Assembly (NCBI GenBank): GCA_964475945.1
Contig: CAYYYF010000011.1
Location: forward strand, 1 to 24,000
Source: an uncultured Nitrosopumilales archaeon
GTDB taxonomy: Archaea > Thermoproteota > Nitrososphaeria > Nitrososphaerales > Nitrosocaldaceae
DNA length: 24,000 bases
Direction: 5' to 3'
Positions 16,793 to 23,819 of this stretch are shown here, one piece after another. The notes under the pieces were generated by a model that had not been told where the DNA came from, ran no database searches, and worked only from the letters and a program-made list of their open reading frames with translations. The position numbers and the translations under genes were made by a program. How positions within the stretch are numbered: position 1 is the first letter of the stretch; the number at the start of each line of letters is the position of its first letter.

Positions 16793-17448
16793 TGAGTAAA
16801 GATAAAGTAAGGAGGCAGAATACATCTGCAACAAGGGCTATAATGAGCAACTTCTTCAGGAATGCTGAGCTTGATGAGTTCTTAGAAAGGGAGCTCTCAC
16901 ATGCTGGATATGGTGGTGCTGAGATACAGAAGACCCCCTTAGGTACAAGGGTAACTGTATACGTTACAAGACCAGGATTGGTCATAGGTAGGAGGGGATT
17001 TGGTATAAAAGAGTTAACTGAGAAACTAGAGAAAGAGTTTGGTTTAGATAACCCTCAGGTATCAGTGCTAGAGATAGAGGTCCCTGAGTTAAACCCAAGG
17101 ATAATAGCAAATAGGGTTGCACAGATGATAGTTAAAGGTACAGCATTTAGAAGGGCAGCATTATGGGCATTAAACACTATAATGAATGCTGGTGCAATGG
17201 GTGCAGAGGTTGTAATATCTGGCAAGTTAAAGAGTGAAAGAGCCTCGTTTGAGAAGTATACTGCTGGAGTATTACCAAAGAGTGGAGATCCTGCTGAGAA
17301 GGCAGTTAAAGAGGCTGTCACACATGTCCTTCTTAAGATGGGTCTCTATGGTATAAAGATAAAGATAGCGTATAAGGATGCTTTACCCTCTGAGTTTGAT
17401 ATGAGGGAGAGTGATGTGATATTGAATAATGTAAATGCTAATACATAA
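16789..17448 (+). CDS. rps3p: 30S ribosomal protein S3 (uS3)
   Basis: KH-domain block TPLGTRVTVYVTRPGLVIGRRG.GIKELT, then GA.GAEVVISGKL. The start is GTG 16789 or ATG 16792, overlapping the L22 stop. Confidence 0.95.
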   Translation: MMSKDKVRRQNTSATRAIMSNFFRNAELDEFLERELSHAGYGGAEIQKTPLGTRVTVYVTRPGLVIGRRGFGIKELTEKLEKEFGLDNPQVSVLEIEVPELNPRIIANRVAQMIVKGTAFRRAALWALNTIMNAGAMGAEVVISGKLKSERASFEKYTAGVLPKSGDPAEKAVKEAVTHVLLKMGLYGIKIKIAYKDALPSEFDMRESDVILNNVNANT

Positions 17449-17462
17449 AGTAGGTGAGCATC

Positions 17463-17669
17463 ATGCCACGGCTTAAGATAAAGGATTTAAGGGCAATGAA
17501 TGATGATGAGTTAATTGCAAGACTATCTGAGTTAAGAGCAGAGCTTGCTCATGCACAGGTTGAGAGATCAAAGGGTACAATAAAGAAGGAGAGCGGTAAG
17601 ATGAAGTACATAAGGAGGGATATAGCAAGGATTCTTACAATACTTAATGAGAGGAGGGTTAAGGAATGA
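17463..17669 (+). CDS. rpl29p: 50S ribosomal protein L29 (uL29)
   Basis: LKIKDLRAMNDDELIARLSELRAEL. ATG 17463 lies 5 nt after GGTGA (17453-17457). The track start at 17454 is a GTG inside that SD. Confidence 0.9.
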   Translation: MPRLKIKDLRAMNDDELIARLSELRAELAHAQVERSKGTIKKESGKMKYIRRDIARILTILNERRVKE

Positions 17670-17697
17670 GTTATAAAATAGAATAAGGTGAATGGGT

Positions 17698-17982
17698 ATG
17701 AAGATAACATCAAAGAATATCTACGTGCATGAGCTTATAGGTCTACATGCTAGCATAATAGAAAGTAGTAATGCTACCCTAGTAGGTTTAAGTGGCAAGG
17801 TAGTATTTGAGAGTAAGAACATGCTTTATATTGCTGTAAATAAGAGTATAAAGATGGTGCAGAAGAATGCTATTAAAGTATTATTTACACTGCCTGATGG
17901 TTCTAAATGCGTAGTGAAAGGGAATGATTTAATTGGTAGACCAGAGGATAGGATCGAGAGGGTGAGTAAGTATGGGTACTAG
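17698..17982 (+). CDS. rnp1: RNase P protein component 1 (Rpp29/Pop4 homologue)
   Basis: HELIGLHASIIESSN..LVGLSGKVV.ES.NML.I......K.V.K........LPDG....V.G..L.GRPEDRI. It sits at the conserved position between L29 and S17. ATG 17698 has better spacing from GGTGA (17687-17691) than ATG 17692. Confidence 0.85.
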   Translation: MKITSKNIYVHELIGLHASIIESSNATLVGLSGKVVFESKNMLYIAVNKSIKMVQKNAIKVLFTLPDGSKCVVKGNDLIGRPEDRIERVSKYGY

Positions 17983-18313
17983 AAGTATTGGTATAGATGT
18001 TAATCATCCAAGTAAGGTATGCAGTGATACCAAATGTCCTTACCATGGAAGATTGAGTATAAGAGGTAAGTTATTTACAGGGATAGTTATAAGTAAAAAG
18101 GCAAAGAAGATGGTGGTTATAGAGAGGCAGTATCAGCATTATATTAGTAAATACAAGAGGTATGAGAGGAGGAGGAGTAAGTTGCATGCTTACCTACCAG
18201 AGTGTATAGATGTTAATGAAGGAGATGAGGTAACGATAGGAGAATGCAGACCTCTAAGCAAGACAGTAGCATTCTGTGTACTTGAGGTGATAAAACATGG
18301 CAGGAAAGAGTAG
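17972..18313 (+). CDS. rps17p: 30S ribosomal protein S17 (uS17)
   Basis: C.D..CP.HG.L.IRG..F.G.V.S.KA.KM.V.ER.....I.KY.RYE.R.SK.HA..P.CI.V.EGD.V.IGECRPLSKT. Confidence 0.95.
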   Translation: MGTRSIGIDVNHPSKVCSDTKCPYHGRLSIRGKLFTGIVISKKAKKMVVIERQYQHYISKYKRYERRRSKLHAYLPECIDVNEGDEVTIGECRPLSKTVAFCVLEVIKHGRKE

Positions 18314-18731
18314 AGCAGTATCTGCAAAGGGAGTAGAGGAGTTCAAACCCCATATAACTAGGGCTATACCTGTATATGCTAACTTGGTATGTGCAGATAA
18401 CACTGGAGCAAAGATAGTACAGGTTATCCAAGTTAACAAGTATAAAGGAAGGTTATCAAGGTATCCAGCAGCATCCGTAGGAGATCTAGTTACAGTAGTC
18501 GTAAAGAAGGGTTCCCCTGAGTTAAGGAAGCAGATATTTAATGCAGTTATAATAAGACAGAAGTATCCGATAAGAAGACCTAATGGATCAAGGATAGCAT
18601 TTGAGGATAACGCTGCAATACTCATAACTCCAGAGGGAGATGTTAAAGGTACTGATATAAAGGGTCCTGTTGCAGCAGAGGCTGCTGAGCGTTGGCCAAG
18701 GATAGCAAACCTAGCATCCTTGATAATATAA
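18297..18731 (+). CDS. rpl14p: 50S ribosomal protein L14 (uL14)
   Basis: L.CADNTGAK..QVI.V..YKG...R.P.A.VGD...V.VKKG.PE.RKQ...AVI.RQ....RR.NG....FEDNA. Confidence 0.95.
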   Translation: MAGKSRAVSAKGVEEFKPHITRAIPVYANLVCADNTGAKIVQVIQVNKYKGRLSRYPAASVGDLVTVVVKKGSPELRKQIFNAVIIRQKYPIRRPNGSRIAFEDNAAILITPEGDVKGTDIKGPVAAEAAERWPRIANLASLII

Positions 18732-18745
18732 TAAGGTGAAAGAAT

Positions 18746-19093
18746 ATGAAGGCATCTATGGCTAGGTTAAAACAGATCTCTGCTCCTCTGAATAGAAGGA
18801 GCAAGTATGTATCTGCTCACCTATCGGATGAGTTAAGAGCAAGGTATAAGAGGAGGAGTGCAAGGGTTAGGGAAGGTGATACGGTGAGGGTTATGCGTGG
18901 AGAGTATAAAGGAATAGAGGGTAAGGTTCTTAGAGTACATACAGATACTGCTAGAATAGAGATAGAAGGGCTTCAGAGAGAGAAGGTTAGAGGAGATAAA
19001 GTACCAGTAAAGATACATGCCTCTAAGGTTATGATCATAGCAGTAAATACGGAAGATAGATTAAGGGAGTCTATACTAGCAAGAGGTAAGTAA
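18746..19093 (+). CDS. rpl24p: 50S ribosomal protein L24 (uL24)
   Basis: KOW motif REGDTVRVMRGEYKGIEGKVLRV. GGTGA SD lies 5 nt upstream. Confidence 0.9.
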   Translation: MKASMARLKQISAPLNRRSKYVSAHLSDELRARYKRRSARVREGDTVRVMRGEYKGIEGKVLRVHTDTARIEIEGLQREKVRGDKVPVKIHASKVMIIAVNTEDRLRESILARGK

Positions 19094-19119
19094 GATCATG
19101 ATAAGAGGTGGTAAGAGGT

Positions 19120-19845
19120 ATGGGTAAGAAAGGAGGTTCAAATAGACTCAAAAGACAACTTGCACCAGCATTCTGGGAGATACCTAGGAAAGATTCTAGG
19201 TTTGTGATTAAGCCTATACCTGCAACGCATCCCATAAGCAGTTGTTATCCATTGGGCATATTATTAAGAGATATACTTCATATAGCATCGACTATACGTG
19301 AGATAGAGAAGGTTGTTAAACATGGTAATATACTTATAGATGGTGTTAAGAGGTATGATGTACATTTCCCTGTAGGTTTGATGGATGTTATAGAGATGCC
19401 ATTGCTTAATAAAGCATATAGACTTGTACCTAAGGATGGAGTAGAGCTTAGACCAATAGAGATAGATGGAGGTGAGAAGGGCCTAAAGTTATGTAAGATA
19501 ATAAGGAAACAGAAGGTTAAAGGAGGAATGTTGCAGTATACATTACATGATGGAAGGAATTTACTCCAAGATAACAACTCCTTAAACGTTAATGATACAC
19601 TACTTATAAAGATACCAGGGCAAGAGATTGTAGATACGGTAAAGTTACAGAGTAATACATTAGCATTAGTTACTGGGGGTGCAAACGTAGGTATGCTAGG
19701 TAACGTACTTGAGGTAAGGGAGGGTAACTTTACTCTACCAAAGAGGATAGTAATGAAGGATACTGCTAGTGATAAACATATAGAGTTACCAGTCAACCTT
19801 GTTATAGTTGTAGGTTCTGGTAAACCATTAATAAGAGTAAGTTAA
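19120..19845 (+). CDS. rps4e: 30S ribosomal protein S4e (eS4)
   Basis: MGKKGGSNRLKRQLAP.FW.I.RK...F..KP..G.H is the canonical S4e N-terminus. The track GTG at 19108 adds 4 non-conserved residues. Confidence 0.93.
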   Translation: MGKKGGSNRLKRQLAPAFWEIPRKDSRFVIKPIPATHPISSCYPLGILLRDILHIASTIREIEKVVKHGNILIDGVKRYDVHFPVGLMDVIEMPLLNKAYRLVPKDGVELRPIEIDGGEKGLKLCKIIRKQKVKGGMLQYTLHDGRNLLQDNNSLNVNDTLLIKIPGQEIVDTVKLQSNTLALVTGGANVGMLGNVLEVREGNFTLPKRIVMKDTASDKHIELPVNLVIVVGSGKPLIRVS

Positions 19846-19859
19846 TAGTGGTGATAGCA

Positions 19860-20402
19860 ATGCAGATTGAAGTAAGCAAGAGAGAGTCTGTGAATAACCC
19901 GATGAGGAGTATAAGCATAGGTAAGGTTGTAATAAATACGGCAGTAGGGAAATCGGGTGAGCCTATAGAGAAGGCTAAGAAGATACTGCAAGAGTTAACA
20001 GGAAATACACCTGTAGTAAGAGTAGCAAAGAAGACCATAAGAGACTTTGGTATACATAAAGGAGAGCCTATAGCAGTAATAGTTACATTAAGGAAGGGGA
20101 AGGCTTTAAGTATATTAAAGAACTTGCTTGCAGCAAAGGGTAGTAAGATAAAGGCCTCATCATTTGATGATTATGGTAATGTATCATTTGGGATAAGAGA
20201 GCATATAGATATACCTGGTGTTAAATACAAACCTGAGTTAGGTATAATAGGCATGGATGTATGCATAGCACTAGAACGTAAAGGGTATAGGGTAGCAAGG
20301 CGTAAGATTAGGAAGAGCAAGATAGGTAAGAGCCATAGGATAACAAAGCAAGAGGCTATAGAATTCTTTAGGAATGTACTTAATGTTGAGGTGATAGAAT
20401 GA
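19860..20402 (+). CDS. rpl5p: 50S ribosomal protein L5 (uL5)
   Basis: NPMR.I.IGKVV.N..VG.SGE......K.L..LTG..PV...[23 protein letters not shown] 19860 lies 6 nt after GGTGA (19849-19853). Confidence 0.93.
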   Translation: MQIEVSKRESVNNPMRSISIGKVVINTAVGKSGEPIEKAKKILQELTGNTPVVRVAKKTIRDFGIHKGEPIAVIVTLRKGKALSILKNLLAAKGSKIKASSFDDYGNVSFGIREHIDIPGVKYKPELGIIGMDVCIALERKGYRVARRKIRKSKIGKSHRITKQEAIEFFRNVLNVEVIE

Positions 20403-20575
20403 AGATAAGAGATTATGAACTAACTGGTAGGAAGGTAAGAAAGTATGGTAAAGGATCTAGATGGTGCAAACGCTGTGGACAATATACAGCAATAATACAA
20501 AAGTATGATCTGATGCTATGCAGACAATGCTTCAGGGAAGTAGCAAAGAGTATTGGTTTCAAGAAGTATTCATAG
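20399..20575 (+). CDS. rps14p: 30S ribosomal protein S14 type Z (uS14), zinc-binding; absent from the supplied ORF track (58 aa)
   Basis: My translation is [58 protein letters not shown]. It has the CxxC..CxxC zinc motif. The ATG overlaps the L5 stop (ATGA at 20399-20402), GGTGA lies upstream, and it occupies the conserved slot between L5 and S8. Confidence 0.92.
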   Translation: MKIRDYELTGRKVRKYGKGSRWCKRCGQYTAIIQKYDLMLCRQCFREVAKSIGFKKYS

Positions 20576-20588
20576 GTGGGTAGAGTTT

Positions 20589-20981
20589 ATGCCAGCCACT
20601 AATATAGTAGCAAATCTCTTCTCAACAATATACAATAATGAGATGAGGAGGAAGCAATCATGCATAATCGCACCAGTATCAAATCTTGCCTTACATATAC
20701 TAGAGGTTATGAAGAAACATAACTTCATACAGGATTATCGGTATGTTAACGATGGTAAAGGTGGAAAGGTTATAGTTAAACTCTCAGCAAGGATAAATGG
20801 TTGTAATGCTATATCTCCACGGCTAAGTGTAAGGAAGGATGGTTATGATGAGTATGATAGGCAGTATCTACCTTCATATACAAGAGGTATATTAATAGTC
20901 TCAACTCCATTAGGGGTCATGTCACATCATGAGGCTAGGAGCAAGGATGTAGGGGGTGTATTGTTAGGCTATGTCTACTAG
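20589..20981 (+). CDS. rps8p: 30S ribosomal protein S8 (uS8)
   Basis: The start MPATNIVANLFSTIYNNEMRRK matches the conserved S8 N-terminus. The protein ends GGVLLGYVY. The track start at 20553 lies inside the S14 gene. Confidence 0.93.
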   Translation: MPATNIVANLFSTIYNNEMRRKQSCIIAPVSNLALHILEVMKKHNFIQDYRYVNDGKGGKVIVKLSARINGCNAISPRLSVRKDGYDEYDRQYLPSYTRGILIVSTPLGVMSHHEARSKDVGGVLLGYVY

Positions 20982-21531
20982 TAATGCTGAGAGTATAGAG
21001 GCTATGATTAATATACCAAGTAATGTGAAGATAACACTACATGATAAGATACTAGAGGTGAAAGGACCAAAGGGTAGTGTAAGGAAGGATCTAAGCAAGA
21101 TACCAGTTGATGTATCTATAGATGGTAATATATTAACTATAAGACCTTATATAATCAAGAGGGTTAAGAGGCAGAATAAGGCAATTGTAAATACAGTGCA
21201 ATCTATAATAAAGAATATGATTGAAGGTGTACAACATGGATACACATACAAGTTAAAGATAGTCTTTGCTCACTTCCCTATAACAGTTAAGGTTAAGGAT
21301 AAACAAGTGTTCATAGAGAATTTCATAGGAGAGAGGGCTCCTAGAGTAGCAAGGATAGTTGGAGACTGCAAGGTTACTGTAGAAGGGGAGGATGTTATAG
21401 TAAAGGGCATAAGCCTAGAGGATGTTTCACAGACAGCAGCAAATATAGAGAATGCTACTAGGATAAAAGGTAAGGATCTTAGAGTATTCTTGGATGGTAT
21501 CTATATATATGCTAAGGAAAAGGGGATGTAA
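20971..21531 (+). CDS. rpl6p: 50S ribosomal protein L6 (uL6)
   Basis: I.IPSNVKITL.DKILEVKGPKGSV.KDLS, Y.YKLKIV.AHFPI.V, ENF.GER.PR.A, ...DLR.FLDGIY. Confidence 0.93.
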   Translation: MSTSNAESIEAMINIPSNVKITLHDKILEVKGPKGSVRKDLSKIPVDVSIDGNILTIRPYIIKRVKRQNKAIVNTVQSIIKNMIEGVQHGYTYKLKIVFAHFPITVKVKDKQVFIENFIGERAPRVARIVGDCKVTVEGEDVIVKGISLEDVSQTAANIENATRIKGKDLRVFLDGIYIYAKEKGM

Positions 21532-21552
21532 AGAAATGATTAACAAGTCCAT

Positions 21553-21566
21553 TATTTATTTTTCTT
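21553..21566 (+). terminator. T-rich terminator after L6 (end of the ribosomal operon)
   Basis: ttatttatttttctt lies about 20 nt after the L6 stop. Archaeal termination occurs at oligo-T tracts. Confidence 0.5.
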
Positions 21567-21650
21567 GTGATATTCATACAATACATTAGGCATGATAATT
21601 GAACGTATAGTAGAAAAGATTAAATCAACTTTAATAATCCTATTACATGT

Positions 21651-21724
21651 GCCGCCGTAGCTCAGCGTGGTAGAGCAACTGGCTGTTAACCAGTGGGTCG
21701 TCGGTTCGAGTCCGACCGGCGGCG
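21651..21724 (+). tRNA. tRNA-Asn (anticodon GUU), no intron, CCA not encoded
   Basis: Manual cloverleaf: acceptor GCCGCCG/CGGCGGC, D-arm GCTC-AGCGTGGTA-GAGC, anticodon arm ACTGG-CT GTT AA-CCAGT, variable GGGTC, T-arm GTCGG-TTCGAGT-CCGAC, discriminator G. It is followed by a T-run. Confidence 0.93.
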
Positions 21725-21730
21725 CTAACA

Positions 21731-21740
21731 ATTTTTGTTT
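21731..21740 (+). terminator. Oligo-T terminator after tRNA-Asn
   Basis: atttttgttt starts 7 nt after the discriminator base. Confidence 0.55.
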
Positions 21741-21756
21741 GATCTATAGTCTACAA

Positions 21757-22029
21757 TTACATTTTTAAGCTATCTGTATCTACTCTTTTGTTTAAATACA
21801 CTTGTATCCTGTATGGTTTGCTCTCATTTCTATGATAGTAAAGTATCTTTATGCCATAATCAAAGTGTATTATCTTAATACCATCATTAGCCTTTACAAC
21901 CTTGTCATAATCCTTCATATACTCTATCAGTTCATCAGTATTCATGCTAAGCAGTTCATCAATTGATCTTAACTTAACAAACCTCATTATAAGATACTTA
22001 TCTTTACTTTGATTAATAAATATTATCAT
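21757..22029 (-). CDS. Orphan small protein (76-90 aa), no recognisable domain
   Basis: Very AT-rich ORF next to the tRNA. Alternative start MRFVKLRS at 21987. A TATA-like aatatatttta on the minus strand lies about 20-25 nt upstream of 22029. Coding status is not proven. Confidence 0.4.
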   Translation of the reverse strand: MIIFINQSKDKYLIMRFVKLRSIDELLSMNTDELIEYMKDYDKVVKANDGIKIIHFDYGIKILYYHRNESKPYRIQVYLNKRVDTDSLKM

Positions 22030-22113
22030 GATACTATGTTACTAAGATAAAATATATTCACTTAAGTAAGAATGGGTTATATTTTAAAATAATTTTAGCG
22101 TATATTAGAAACC

Positions 22114-22121
22114 TTTATAAT
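22114..22121 (+). promoter_or_regulatory. TATA box for the Cas4-like gene
   Basis: cc-tttataat is centred about 30 nt upstream of ATG 22148. The same (a/c)ctttataa consensus occurs at 14688, 22981 and 23792. Confidence 0.45.
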
Positions 22122-22147
22122 AACAAGTTCTTTAATTAATTAAGTAT

Positions 22148-22867
22148 ATGAACAAGAAAGGAATTGATAATATTTATGGGATAGTAAAGAAAGGAATAGA
22201 AAATTATAGGGCTGCTACAGATGCTGTCCCAAAGACAGATGTCTTCGATATAATAGAAGAAACTTTCGACTCTATAATGCATAAGGAGGATAATGCGTTA
22301 TCTGTAGAAGAGATTAGTGGATGTTTAAGAGAGGCTTACTTTGAGCGTAAGGACCCAATAGAACATACACAGAAGCATATGCTTGAGACTATAATACAGA
22401 GAGGAATTTTAAATATATTTGCTAAGCCTGTGAAAGGTGAGATAGATGTGCAAGACAAGAAGATCAAACTTATAGGTACTGCTGATAGAGTAGACGAAGA
22501 TGTAGTAATGATATTTAGAATGGTTAAAGAGTTACCAGAGATGCCCTTCGTTGAGCACTTCATACAAATTAATGCGTATCTTTATATGTTTGACAAGGAG
22601 GAAGGAGTTATAGTATACTTTGATAACGATGGGAATGAGATAGAGTTCATAGTACCAAAGAATGAAAGCTTGTTCAGAGAGACGCTTAGAAGGGCTAAGA
22701 TACTGGATATGTTGCTTCGTAACAACATTGTGCCAGCAATTGAACCGTCTAGCAAGTGCACAACGTGTCCTTACAATGAACAATGCTACTATCCTTCTGA
22801 TGATAAGGAGAGGATAGGATTTTTGGTAAGAGGCAGATGGGTTGAAGCAAGGAAACAGCAATTGTAA
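22148..22867 (+). CDS. Stand-alone Cas4-family / RecB-like PD-(D/E)XK nuclease-fold protein (DUF83-like) with a 4-Cys iron-sulfur signature
   Basis: N-terminal Cys in LSVEEISGCLREAYF (C59). Motif GTADRVDED (D113). QINAY (QxxxY, Q140-Y144). C-terminal C204-x2-C207-x5-C213 (CTTCPYNEQC), the same spacing as characterised Cas4/AddB iron-staple clusters. TATA tttataat at 22114-22121 lies about 30 nt upstream of the ATG. Confidence 0.7.
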   Translation: MNKKGIDNIYGIVKKGIENYRAATDAVPKTDVFDIIEETFDSIMHKEDNALSVEEISGCLREAYFERKDPIEHTQKHMLETIIQRGILNIFAKPVKGEIDVQDKKIKLIGTADRVDEDVVMIFRMVKELPEMPFVEHFIQINAYLYMFDKEEGVIVYFDNDGNEIEFIVPKNESLFRETLRRAKILDMLLRNNIVPAIEPSSKCTTCPYNEQCYYPSDDKERIGFLVRGRWVEARKQQL

Positions 22868-22968
22868 GAGATTATAATAGTTTAAGAATTTAATAGATTT
22901 ACAGATTTAATAATAATTATTATATTAATAAATTAAACTAGTTGTATTTTATTATATAAAATGAAAAC

Positions 22969-22976
22969 TTTTATAG
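22969..22976 (+). promoter_or_regulatory. TATA box for the DUF1080-like gene
   Basis: ttttatag is centred about 27 nt upstream of ATG 22999. Confidence 0.4.
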
Positions 22977-22998
22977 TTCACTTTATAAAATATTATTA

Positions 22999-23688
22999 AT
23001 GTCATTAAGAGTAAGGAAGGAGAAAGAGAGGAAGGAAAGGGCCAAGAGGTATATAATAATAATAAGTGTAGCAGTTATAGCCTTATCCCTAGCAATGTAT
23101 TATGCAAGAGAGACAGGATCATACAAGAATAGTAGAGTATGGAAGTTTGACTCATATGGAAAAGGAGTAATACCAGAAGGTTTCTCAACCACAGATGCAT
23201 CTTGGGCTATAGTTAGAGACGAATCTGCATACTCTAAACCAAATATGATGGGGCATAACAATAATAATGAAGATAACGGTAATAACTATGCATACTCTTT
23301 ATTGATCAACTCTGAAGGTATATACAATAATTTCAAGGCTAGTGTAAAGGTTAAGATAACTAGCAATGATGGTAGTGCTGGTTTGGTATTTAGATTCATG
23401 GACTCATCGCATTACTTTGTAACATTGTTAGATGTATCACATGATAAGCTCTCATTATGTAGAGCAGAACCAGCAAGGTTACTATGCTTACATGATGCTA
23501 ATGTTAATATAGAAAGTAATAAATGGTATACATTAACAGTTCAAGCCTCAACCCAAGGAGTAGTATGCTACCTTGATGATAAACCGCTAATAAAGAGGTA
23601 TGATCAACATTACATAAATGGTATGATAGGTTTATGGGCTAGAAACGATACTATAGCATTATTTGACGACTTAGAAATATATTATTAA
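22999..23688 (+). CDS. N-terminally membrane-anchored protein with a concanavalin-A-like lectin/glucanase fold domain (DUF1080-like)
   Basis: Basic N-terminus plus TM (YIIIISVAVIALSLAMYY). The pattern then reads W.F......P.GF......W.I....., ..F.ASVKVKI.S.DGSAGLVFRF.D..HYF, NKWY.L.V......V.CYLD.K.L......., ING.IGLWA.....A.FDDLEI. This resembles DUF1080/LamG-like beta-sandwiches. An Asn-rich insert GHNNNNEDNGNNY is present. The assignment is from pattern memory only. Confidence 0.5.
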   Translation: MSLRVRKEKERKERAKRYIIIISVAVIALSLAMYYARETGSYKNSRVWKFDSYGKGVIPEGFSTTDASWAIVRDESAYSKPNMMGHNNNNEDNGNNYAYSLLINSEGIYNNFKASVKVKITSNDGSAGLVFRFMDSSHYFVTLLDVSHDKLSLCRAEPARLLCLHDANVNIESNKWYTLTVQASTQGVVCYLDDKPLIKRYDQHYINGMIGLWARNDTIALFDDLEIYY

Positions 23689-23819
23689 GCTAAGTATTAT
23701 GATAATAATATTAAGATATGAAAATTTGCAATTTAATATATACATAATGATTACATTATTATCGTTATTAAGTTGATATTGAAGAAAAATACTTTATAAT
23801 ATCTTTATTTAATTAAAAT

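Noticed and set aside
19278-19796. 172-aa ORF antisense to the S4e gene. Similar antisense ORFs occur at 18254-18625, 17055-17321, 16749-16985, 1594-1968, 2099-2326, 2555-2845 and elsewhere.
   Set aside because: They lie opposite strongly supported conserved genes. Their translations are low-complexity Ser/Leu/Pro/Ile-rich, as expected from the complement of purine-rich AGG/GAG/AAG codons. They have no start signals.
21629-21638. ctttaataat as the tRNA-Asn TATA box.
   Set aside because: It is centred only ~17 nt before the mature 5-prime end, which would put the transcription start inside the tRNA. A weaker AT-rich element, aaagattaaat (about 21614-21625), fits better. Neither is confident enough to list as a feature.
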